From NCBI GenBank assembly GCA_018304615.1, contig JAGVVV010000008.1, forward strand, positions 25,741 to 89,740: a DNA stretch of 64,000 bases. The letters run 5' to 3'. Every line of letters starts with the position of its first letter. Position 1 is the first letter of the stretch. The notes under the pieces are model-generated. The model worked only from the letters and a program-made list of their open reading frames with translations. It ran no database searches and was not told where the DNA came from. The stretch comes from Candidatus Aenigmatarchaeota archaeon. GTDB lineage: Archaea; Aenigmatarchaeota; Aenigmatarchaeia; CG10238-14; SCSR01. Shown piece by piece: positions 55,986 through 64,000 of the stretch. The translations under genes were made by a program, and so were the position numbers.

Positions 55986-58285
55986 TTCTTCCTCGCCTTC
56001 TTCCAATCATTGAATAATTTTTGAACTGCTTCTGGAACCTCGTCCTCTTTGACGTTTAGTTTCCATGCCGCCTCCTTCAATATTTTTTCCTTTCCCTTAA
56101 GAATTGAAATGGCGACATCTCCAGCTGAATATTCTAATCTAACAACTCCATCTTGAATTCTCTTCGTCCTAAGAATTGTGATTCCTTCAACTTCTGACGT
56201 TGATTTCACATGAGTTCCACCATCAGCCTCATGATCCATATCGCCGATGGAAACTATTCTCAGATGTTTTAATGGAATCGCTCCTCCCTGATAAATTGTG
56301 AAACCATATTTCTTTTCTGCATCCATCCTTGGCAGAATCTTCTCGGTCACTGGCAGATTTTGCTCAACTATTGAATTGGCTTCTGCCTCTATCTTCTCAA
56401 CATCAGAATCAGTAAGACTTTCGAAATGGGTTATATCCAATCTGGCCTTGTCTTCCTCCTTTTCAGACCCTGCCTGCCAGACATGTTTTCCGAGAACTTT
56501 TCTTGCAGCGGCGTTGATGATATGAGTTGCAGTGTGGTGTTTCGTGAGTTTTTCTCTCCTAGTCTTGTCGATTTGACATTCTATCTTTCCTTCTTTAATC
56601 GGGCTGGCGAGCTGGTGGATGATGACATTCTTGATTTTCTGGACATCAATCACATTAATACCATTGATAGTGCCAATGTCGTGCAACTGCCCGCCTGAAG
56701 TTGGATAAAATGCAGTCTGGTCCAGTATTAGGAATTTGCCTTCGTCAAAAGTCCTAATCACTCTGGCATCAAAATTGTAAATCACAGGATGCTCGTAGAA
56801 AAGAATATTCGTATCAGGGATATTTGAGACGTCGAAATGCCATTTGTCTTCGAGTTCTTTTTCGCCTCGATGTTTCTCTGTAAGATTTTTGTAGAAACCA
56901 GTCGGGACTTCGACTTCCAGTTCTTCAGGAGTAATTCCTTGGGAAGTGTAAAGTTTCTGGAGTTCCTCCTCGGTTATTTTTCTTCCCTTGTGGGAATCTA
57001 TGATCTTCTTGCTTCTCTCTTTGTCTTGTCTGTATCTTTTCTCTTCTATGTCCAAAATCTTATTTATCTCGTCGTCGTGTTCAGTCACCTCGGGAAATAT
57101 CTTGGATAAGGCTTTGGAATGCCAGTTGACGACATCATTCAATTTAATCTGCCATCCGAACCTGTCTATGAAACTCAGTGCTCTTCTTAGAATGACTCTG
57201 AGATTGTAGCCTCCGCCCACATTGCTCGGCAGTCCGCCATCACAAATAGCAAAAAGCAAAGCACGTGTATGATCTGAGATGGAATAAATGGCCTCCATCG
57301 GAGCAATCTTCTTTTCAAGTTCAGAAACAGAGATTTTCAATTTGTCTGCAACTTGCTTCCTTGCAGCCTTCATGTCAGGCGTCTCGTCTATGTTTAGGAT
57401 TCCAGAAATCGGAGCATACCTCTCAAAAAATTTAACGTCATAATCAACATCAGTTTCCTTTTTCAATTTCTCGACTACAACTTTCATAGAAGAATCGTAA
57501 CTTGTGGGAGTACCGTTTGAAAACCAGGTTAAATTCTCCAGACCCCAGCCGATGTCTATTACTTTCAGGGGGAGTTCTTTCATCTTCCCATTTACCATCT
57601 CGAACTGCATGAAAACTGAGGTTTCTAATTCGACTCCGCTTGCAAACTCCTCGAAACATGGGCCAAACGCAGACAGGTCTGGCATCGCCCATATGTCTTC
57701 GACGAAGATTATGTCATTCTTAGGAACATTCAGAACATTCGTGAAAAAATCGAAATGCATCTGCTCATTTTCATCTTTCCAATATACTTTCTTCTCAGCA
57801 GAGTTGAAGGCGTGCTGTCCCAGCATGACAAATGCAGTAAAGTGTCTGCCGCTCACTCCGACATTCTGTATGTCTCCGAACCTCATACACACTTGCGGAA
57901 CCAGAAGAGGGTTCTCAGGATATTCGAACGTTAAATTAGGAGAGAATCTCATGAAGTCTTGGATCGATGCCACAGTGAAGTAAAGATTTGGATGCCATCT
58001 TGAAACCACAGGGTATCTGCTTATTTTTGTGTGATTCTTTTTTGTGAAAAACTTTTCCAGTTCGTTCAGCATCTCTGTGTATTCTAAACCTTTCTTCTTC
58101 TTTATCGAATATGGTTCTCCGCACGAAGGACTCGGACAGTGTGTTCTATCAGATTGCAAAGTCCAGAATCCTCTCCCGCAATTAGGGCAGATTTTCCTCT
58201 TGAATCCCTCTTTTTCGAAAAGCTGGACTTTCCAGTGCTTGTCTGGATTTCTCTGCAATTCCTTCAGCAAATCCGCCTTTGACAT
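55982..58285 (-). CDS. alaS: Alanine-tRNA ligase lacking C-Ala domain
   Basis: YFTVASIQDF, VGVSGRH, AFYPTSGGQ, HHTATH, ADGGTH. Confidence 0.96.
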   Translation of the reverse strand: MSKADLLKELQRNPDKHWKVQLFEKEGFKRKICPNCGRGFWTLQSDRTHCPSPSCGEPYSIKKKKGLEYTEMLNELEKFFTKKNHTKISRYPVVSRWHPNLYFTVASIQDFMRFSPNLTFEYPENPLLVPQVCMRFGDIQNVGVSGRHFTAFVMLGQHAFNSAEKKVYWKDENEQMHFDFFTNVLNVPKNDIIFVEDIWAMPDLSAFGPCFEEFASGVELETSVFMQFEMVNGKMKELPLKVIDIGWGLENLTWFSNGTPTSYDSSMKVVVEKLKKETDVDYDVKFFERYAPISGILNIDETPDMKAARKQVADKLKISVSELEKKIAPMEAIYSISDHTRALLFAICDGGLPSNVGGGYNLRVILRRALSFIDRFGWQIKLNDVVNWHSKALSKIFPEVTEHDDEINKILDIEEKRYRQDKERSKKIIDSHKGRKITEEELQKLYTSQGITPEELEVEVPTGFYKNLTEKHRGEKELEDKWHFDVSNIPDTNILFYEHPVIYNFDARVIRTFDEGKFLILDQTAFYPTSGGQLHDIGTINGINVIDVQKIKNVIIHQLASPIKEGKIECQIDKTRREKLTKHHTATHIINAAARKVLGKHVWQAGSEKEEDKARLDITHFESLTDSDVEKIEAEANSIVEQNLPVTEKILPRMDAEKKYGFTIYQGGAIPLKHLRIVSIGDMDHEADGGTHVKSTSEVEGITILRTKRIQDGVVRLEYSAGDVAISILKGKEKILKEAAWKLNVKEDEVPEAVQKLFNDWKKARKK

Positions 58286-58288
58286 AAA

Positions 58289-59509
58289 TTAAGATAGCCC
58301 GGCAAAGAATAAAATGCTTGGTAGGAGGAGCACTCCCATGCAATGGCTTTTCCTGATTCCGAGGAAGTTGCAAAGGAGACCTATGGAAACAGAAGTGAAA
58401 AGAATCAGCAAACCGCCAAATCCGGTCATAAGCATGACCATGGATATCAGGAAAACTATTATTACGAAAGTCAACTGCTGGTAATTTATTTTTTCCAAGT
58501 ACTTGGGGATTCTTTTTGCCATGAAAATTGTTATTAATGCAGCTATACCTGCGCTGAAACAAATGAAACCGACAAAAAAAACTACGTCGTTTGCCGACAA
58601 TCCACCCAGTATTTTTTCAATAGCCACGCTCGCACCGCTTCTCGGATTGTTCACAAGGAAAAGAGAGACGAGGGAGAATATCTCGTTTGAAATGTTAATT
58701 CCACTTAGTGTGACGAGGAAGTTTCTGGCCTCGCCAGTCGAGCCTAGATATTGGACCAATGTAGCTGCCTGAGAGACTCCAATTGCAGGTAACATGCCGA
58801 CGAGAACCCCGGCAAAAGAGCCGAGAATCACAGATTTGAACAAATTCATTTTGGAGATGTTCATTTGGTTGTCAAACTGTTGGACAGGAATTTTTGACTT
58901 TTGCGAAAAACTAATCAAAAGAAGACTCAATCCAAACAGACCACTCAAGACTGGAAACAGCACGTTCTGCTGAGAGACTATCGGGGAATTCAAAGATAAA
59001 ACTCCGAAAATTCCTGACATGAAAAATATTAGTGTGGCAGATAAAATCCTCTTGATTTTCTTTTCCGAAAGTATCATTATGATGGCGACAAGGGAGATCA
59101 CATAGTGGATGTATGGCCTGGAGAATCCGTACAGCTTGCTAAAGTAGTTTGCAAAAAAGAAAATGAAGACGAGGGTAATAAAGACAGAAAGAATTGCTCC
59201 GATTACAGTGAGTTTGATTGCCTCGTAACCCCTGCCCTCGAACAATAACTTGTGGCCTGGTAAAACTGAAAGTGCAGTTTCTTCCTCAGGAGCGCCGAGG
59301 AAAATTGACGGAATGTAGCTGATGAAAGTCTGGGTAATAGCAACTGAGATTATGAAGACTGTGAGATGCATGGGTGAAGAAAAAAACAGTGAAAGAGATA
59401 TGAACACAGGAAGTACGTTGTTGATGTGCATGCCAGGAAGTAATCCCAACCCAAATCCAACTGCAGTTCCAAATAAGCTGACCAGAATGAAGTCAATCAA
59501 GTATCTCAC
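58289..59509 (-). CDS. TctA-like (DUF112) membrane protein
   Basis: GLLPGMHINN, IPSIFLGAP, SVLPGH, NPRSG. Confidence 0.88.
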   Translation of the reverse strand: MRYLIDFILVSLFGTAVGFGLGLLPGMHINNVLPVFISLSLFFSSPMHLTVFIISVAITQTFISYIPSIFLGAPEEETALSVLPGHKLLFEGRGYEAIKLTVIGAILSVFITLVFIFFFANYFSKLYGFSRPYIHYVISLVAIIMILSEKKIKRILSATLIFFMSGIFGVLSLNSPIVSQQNVLFPVLSGLFGLSLLLISFSQKSKIPVQQFDNQMNISKMNLFKSVILGSFAGVLVGMLPAIGVSQAATLVQYLGSTGEARNFLVTLSGINISNEIFSLVSLFLVNNPRSGASVAIEKILGGLSANDVVFFVGFICFSAGIAALITIFMAKRIPKYLEKINYQQLTFVIIVFLISMVMLMTGFGGLLILFTSVSIGLLCNFLGIRKSHCMGVLLLPSILFFAGLS

Positions 59510-59898
59510 CTGAGAACTTTCACGTCAGAAGATTTTTTAGGAACAATCTGTAATTCACCCTTGTACTCTTCCAGGATTCCTTTGATAGCCAACCTCACTC
59601 CTTTAATCATTTTACTTGAATCTACTTTCTCCTTGTTTAGAAATGTTGAAAACATGACAACGTCTAATTTTCCTTCGCCGTCTTGAAGAGTGAGAAAGAG
59701 GTGGCCTGCTTTCGTTTTAGTTCTCGAAACTATTGTTCCTTCGGTGGAAATGAAATGACCAACGATGTCGGGTTTGATGGATTCGATTTCTAACTCATCG
59801 GGAGTGGTGAGAATAGATATGTAGTAAATCAAAAACAAGCCTAGCAAAGAGCATAATCCGCAGATGACAATTGTAAACTTCTTGTTTAGTGAAAACAT
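59506..59898 (-). CDS. Membrane-anchored OB-fold protein
   Basis: TM helix, GHLFLTLQD, GILEEYKGELQI. Confidence 0.8.
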   Translation of the reverse strand: MFSLNKKFTIVICGLCSLLGLFLIYYISILTTPDELEIESIKPDIVGHFISTEGTIVSRTKTKAGHLFLTLQDGEGKLDVVMFSTFLNKEKVDSSKMIKGVRLAIKGILEEYKGELQIVPKKSSDVKVLR

Positions 59899-59956
59899 TC
59901 TCTTTTTTGATTCAGTAGAAAAGTCGCTGATATTGTTTTAGAACTACCGACAGTGG

Positions 59957-60538
59957 TTATTTGTCGAAATGAAGGTGGAAGTAACCGACTACCTTTTTGT
60001 TTCCCCCGAGAAGTTTGTTGAAATTTTCTACTGCCTCTCTTGTAGAATGGGTTTGGATTTTTACTCCCTTGATTTCAGCCAAATTTAAAACTTCGGAAGA
60101 AACTTGAGTACAATTGTCATTTCCAAGACCGAGAACTATGATTTCTGGATCTTCAGCAAGAAGGTAATTGAAATCCTTCAAAGAAAACAGATGCGGTGTT
60201 TTCAACCTGATGTTCTGGATTAATCCCTTGTAAGAAATTAATGTGTCGTTCTGATATGACTTGTTGTTTATCATCAGCGATCCGGTTTTCGAATGCCTGA
60301 CATTAAGGGGAGATTTGTAGTATCCGGGTCTGACAAGATGCTTCATCTTAAGGAATCTTCTCACCAGTTTGTCTCTTTTTCTGTCTCTGACGTCTGGAAT
60401 TTTCATAGAAGCTTCTATATATCTAATTAGGACGTCTTCGATAATTTTTGATTTCGGAATTTCAATGGCCAGTTTGTTTTCTCTGCGCCACTTGTCTATA
60501 ACACGTCTGATCAGTTCCTCGGATATGTCTGGCCTCAT
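59957..60538 (-). CDS. Mth938-like domain protein
   Basis: PEIIVLGLG, TREAVENFN, GYFH; likely start ATG 60538. Confidence 0.75.
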   Translation of the reverse strand: MRPDISEELIRRVIDKWRRENKLAIEIPKSKIIEDVLIRYIEASMKIPDVRDRKRDKLVRRFLKMKHLVRPGYYKSPLNVRHSKTGSLMINNKSYQNDTLISYKGLIQNIRLKTPHLFSLKDFNYLLAEDPEIIVLGLGNDNCTQVSSEVLNLAEIKGVKIQTHSTREAVENFNKLLGGNKKVVGYFHLHFDK

Positions 60539-60609
60539 ATGTACAGTTATGTACAAAACCTGACTTAAAGCTTTATAAGAGACTTTTGCAAGAAGTTTCA
60601 GGTGATAAA

Positions 60610-60972
60610 ATGAATTTGAGAAGAATGGAAGGCGTATTGTTTGATTTAGGGAATTACATTGGAGGATTCGTACCCGTGGTAAAGACAGCAGCAAGTCCTT
60701 TGTCAGGATTGTTTGGAATCGCTTCAAAAGGAATGCATTACAAAGTTGAAGAAGCAATAGATCAAGATACAGAACCTTCTTACTCAACAAAAGTAGGAAC
60801 CGTTCTAACCGATTTAGGTATGACAACAACGGGAGGAGTAGCTGCTTGGCAAGGAATTAGTAGCTTGCCGAGTGATAGTTCACCAGTCGGTCTTACAACA
60901 CAGTTAGCGAAGGTATTGATAGGAGGGTACTATCTTGTAAAAGGAGTCGCTGGATTATATGTATGGAGGTGA
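60610..60972 (+). CDS. Hypothetical Gly-rich protein
   Basis: GGTGAT RBS; hydrophobic segments. Confidence 0.6.
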   Translation: MNLRRMEGVLFDLGNYIGGFVPVVKTAASPLSGLFGIASKGMHYKVEEAIDQDTEPSYSTKVGTVLTDLGMTTTGGVAAWQGISSLPSDSSPVGLTTQLAKVLIGGYYLVKGVAGLYVWR

Positions 60973-61013
60973 TACCTCCATTTTTTTAATATTTAAGAAA
61001 ACAATCTAATTGA

Positions 61014-61709
61014 ATGAATAAATTTAATTTCACGTTCGTAGTTTCATTAATTCCAAAAGTAATTTCTTACCTGACCTTAGGATTCGTCATCGGAGCTATC
61101 TGCGGATATTTATTATTTTATGCAAACAGACCTTTTTACGAATTCATTCTGAAATCTTGGTTCCAGAGAATTCTTTTCGGAGCAAAGTATCTTGACAATC
61201 AGTATACTCTCTGGTTTGTCATAAATAATTTCCTGGCTCTGACCCTAGCAATTGTGGGGGGAATGTTTCTTCTTATGAGTATAGGTAGGAGAAGGTTTGC
61301 ATTCTCCAACAAATTCAAATCATTTGAAAGATATCATCCTAAGGTCACTATGTTCAGCCTGTACATGCTTCCCATAGGGGCAACGTTCATCAACTCTTTT
61401 TTAATCTCCCTGTTCCTTGTTTTCACATATCTGAGCAGAGGTTACGATATATTTTTACTAAGTGTGAATGCGTTGGTTCCTCACGGGATAAATGAAATTT
61501 TCGCTCTCATACTCGCATCATCACTGGGATTGTCATATGTAAAAATTCTAGAGCCCATAATAATGAAAAAGAGGTGGGAAGAGGCCATAAAATTGGGAAA
61601 GCAGATGGTCCTTTCTAAAACTTCTTTCTATGTTTTCCTTTTCATTGCGATATTGATTCTGTTCAGCGCTTTCTTAGAAGGAAGCAAATTCCTGCTGCTA
61701 TCTAGATGA
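61014..61709 (+). CDS. SpoIIM/DUF95-like membrane protein
   Basis: INNFLA, VPHGINEIFA, SAFLEG. Confidence 0.75.
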   Translation: MNKFNFTFVVSLIPKVISYLTLGFVIGAICGYLLFYANRPFYEFILKSWFQRILFGAKYLDNQYTLWFVINNFLALTLAIVGGMFLLMSIGRRRFAFSNKFKSFERYHPKVTMFSLYMLPIGATFINSFLISLFLVFTYLSRGYDIFLLSVNALVPHGINEIFALILASSLGLSYVKILEPIIMKKRWEEAIKLGKQMVLSKTSFYVFLFIAILILFSAFLEGSKFLLLSR

Positions 61710-64000
61710 TTATGAAAATTGAATCTCGATTTTTGAATCGCCGAAATCCAAACTGCCTTTATGCTTGCCTTTCAATTTTCCTATCAGAACTTCCTTGGCG
61801 CCTACTTCCTTCTTAAGGTTGATGATAAAAGTCTTGAGCAGTTTGTTTGTCATGTCGTCAGATTTCAGTGTGAGTTTTATGGATTGTTTGATGATGAAAC
61901 CATGCTTCTTCCTCAGAGATTGTATCTCTCTTGAAAGTTCCCTGTAAAGTGCTTCCTGCATCAATTTGGAGTCTAGTTGTTTTTGAATGAAAACTTTTCC
62001 GAAATCCATAGGAGCTTCGATGTATTCGTCACCTCTGGCAACAGAAGTCCTCACATCCTTTGAATTGCACATTGTCATCAGGACGCTCTTTAGATTCTTC
62101 ACCGCCTCTTTCATTTTCTTGTTTGAAGTTTGGACGAGAACCTCCTTGATAGGCCATCGCAGTTTTATCCCTGCGGTTTGCCTTACAGTCTGACAAGCTT
62201 CGACGATCTTCTTAACAACCTCCATGTCCTCTTCGAGTTTTTGATTTATCATTTTCTTATCTGGAACTGGCCAGTCGAGTAAATGAACTGATTCGACTTT
62301 GAGAGTTTTCTTTAGGACGCTCTGGTAGATTTCCTCGGACATGAAAGGGGTGAATGGTGCCAATAATCTGATTAGAGTTTCAGTTACTTTGACCAGCGTG
62401 AAGAAAGCTGCCTTCTTGTCCTTTCCGGAGTAGGTGGGCCAGACTCTGTCTCTTATCAGTTTCACATACCATCTCGAAAAGTCGTTAAGGATGAACTCCT
62501 TCAATTCTTTCGCAGACTTGTGGCCCTGGAAAGTTTTGTTGTATTCGGTTGTGTTTCTGACAAGAGTGTTCAGTTTGGAGAGGATCCATTTGTCCTCTAT
62601 TCTGAGATTCTTCGGAGACCCACTCCCAGAGACGTAAGTGCTGACAAAGTTGAAAACGTTTCTTATGACAACAAATGATTTTGAAATGTCGGCGATGTCT
62701 TCCCACTTGAAGAAGTAATCGTCCCAAGGTGCTCCGAGGAGGAAATAGAATCTCAGGACATCTCTTCCGTATTTCTTGATGACCTCTTCAGGCTCGACTG
62801 TGTTGCCCTTGCTCTTGGACATCTTTATCCCGTGAGCGTCAAGCACAAACCCGTGGAAGAGTACATTCAAAAATGGCTTTATTCCGAATGTCATTATGCT
62901 TGTGATCATGAGAGAGTTCCACCACCCTCTTATCTGGTCAGGACCTTCTAAAATGAAATCAGCAGGCCACATCTTGTCAAAAAGTTTTTTGTCAGAAGGG
63001 TAACCGAGAGATGCCCATGAGGCTACACCTGCGTCGAACCATACGTCCAAAACATCCGGAACTCTTCTCATCTCATCTCTGCAGACTTTGCATTTGAAAA
63101 CTATCTCATCAATGTAAGGTTTGTGCAAATCCTTGGGGATTTTCGGAAGTTCTTTCGTCGAACCTATTACTTTTACTTCGTTGCATTTCTTGCAGATCCA
63201 GATCGGAAGCGGAATTCCCCAGTATCTCTGTCTTGAAATGGGCCAGTCACCCAAGCTCTCGAGCCAGTTCTGGAATCTCTGCCCGGCCCATGCAGGAACC
63301 CAGTTTATTTTCTTGTTCTCGCTTAGCAATCTCTCTCTTATCTCGGTGACCTTGAAGAACCACTGTGGGACAGCCATCATCAAAAGTGGCGAGGAACATC
63401 TCCAGCAAAGAGGATAGTCATGTTCTACCTTTTCTTCAGATAAAAGTGCTCCCAAGTTTCTCAAATCTTCTATGATGAGTTTGTCAGCGGTCTTCACGAA
63501 CATTCCAGAATATTTTCCAGATTCCTTGTTGTATTTTCCATCGAAACCTAGGGGATTGACAATTGGCAGGTCGTTCTCTACTCCGACCTTGTAGTCTTCC
63601 TGTCCGTGCCCTGGAGCTGTATGAACTAAACCTGAACCGTCTTCAAGGGTGACATATTTGTCTGAAAGTACGATTCGGTGGGCGTTCTTCAGTTTTTTGA
63701 TAAATGGAAAAATGTCTCTGAGTGGGCTTTCGTATTCCAGGTCTTTCAGTTCTTTTCCTTTCATCGTTTCTAGGATTGTGAAATCTTTTATCTTGACCTT
63801 GGTCATCACGGAATCGAGAAGCTGCTTTGCGATTATGAAAATCTCATCTCCTACCTGAACTCTGGCATACTCGGCATCAGGCTTCACCATTATCCCTGTG
63901 TTTGAGGCGAGTGTCCATGGAGTGGTCGTCCAAATCACAAAATATTCGTTCTGTTTTTTCTTCAGTTTGAACTTGACAAAAATCGAAGGATCAGTCACCT
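61710..64000 (-). CDS. ileS: Isoleucine-tRNA ligase, 5' part outside window
   Basis: WTTTPWTL, VHTAPGHG, ISRQRYWG, EGPDQIRGW, KMSKSKGN. Confidence 0.97.
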   Translation of the reverse strand, partial: VTDPSIFVKFKLKKKQNEYFVIWTTTPWTLASNTGIMVKPDAEYARVQVGDEIFIIAKQLLDSVMTKVKIKDFTILETMKGKELKDLEYESPLRDIFPFIKKLKNAHRIVLSDKYVTLEDGSGLVHTAPGHGQEDYKVGVENDLPIVNPLGFDGKYNKESGKYSGMFVKTADKLIIEDLRNLGALLSEEKVEHDYPLCWRCSSPLLMMAVPQWFFKVTEIRERLLSENKKINWVPAWAGQRFQNWLESLGDWPISRQRYWGIPLPIWICKKCNEVKVIGSTKELPKIPKDLHKPYIDEIVFKCKVCRDEMRRVPDVLDVWFDAGVASWASLGYPSDKKLFDKMWPADFILEGPDQIRGWWNSLMITSIMTFGIKPFLNVLFHGFVLDAHGIKMSKSKGNTVEPEEVIKKYGRDVLRFYFLLGAPWDDYFFKWEDIADISKSFVVIRNVFNFVSTYVSGSGSPKNLRIEDKWILSKLNTLVRNTTEYNKTFQGHKSAKELKEFILNDFSRWYVKLIRDRVWPTYSGKDKKAAFFTLVKVTETLIRLLAPFTPFMSEEIYQSVLKKTLKVESVHLLDWPVPDKKMINQKLEEDMEVVKKIVEACQTVRQTAGIKLRWPIKEVLVQTSNKKMKEAVKNLKSVLMTMCNSKDVRTSVARGDEYIEAPMDFGKVFIQKQLDSKLMQEALYRELSREIQSLRKKHGFIIKQSIKLTLKSDDMTNKLLKTFIINLKKEVGAKEVLIGKLKGKHKGSLDFGDSKIEIQFS

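Noticed and set aside
60539-60829. N-terminal extension of ORF 59957-60829 (likewise extensions of trpS, rrp41, pfdB, rps6e and 43102-43461)
   Set aside because: These overlap other genes or promoters; better internal ATGs exist
1-64000. Numerous short antisense or nested ORFs in the track; rRNA, RNase P RNA, SRP RNA
   Set aside because: The ORFs are shadows of well-supported genes; no intergenic GC-rich structured region fits those RNAs

Overview
Archaeal chromosomal DNA. It holds archaeal r-proteins, RNA polymerase subunits, exosome, RNase P proteins, aIF2-gamma, aIF6, FEN1, SepF and seven aminoacyl-tRNA synthetase genes; the compact, information-gene-rich layout suggests a DPANN-type archaeon (inference). 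Main observation: the proteasome alpha subunit gene (psmA, 20532-21336) is split by three 31-34 nt insertions in its first 17 codons. Each folds into a bulge-helix-bulge (BHB)-type motif of the kind cut by the tRNA splicing endonuclease, and removing them at the predicted cut sites restores the conserved N-terminus [30 protein letters not shown]. A free-standing LAGLIDADG homing endonuclease lies immediately upstream, and a possible fourth intron sits in the 5' UTR. Other notable items are a tRNA-Arg(TCT) with a BHB intron at position 8/9 plus a leader copy of its acceptor strand, a tRNA-iMet with a 37/38 intron, and a truncated intron-bearing tRNA-Pro copy. There are also two loci of orphan genes bounded by tRNA-3'-end-derived repeats (one with an SSV1-type integrase N-fragment), a cluster of five Thr-motif sulfatase-like proteins with a PRMT-like methyltransferase, and several pilin-like genes. 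All calls come from reading and hand-folding the sequence; no searches were run.
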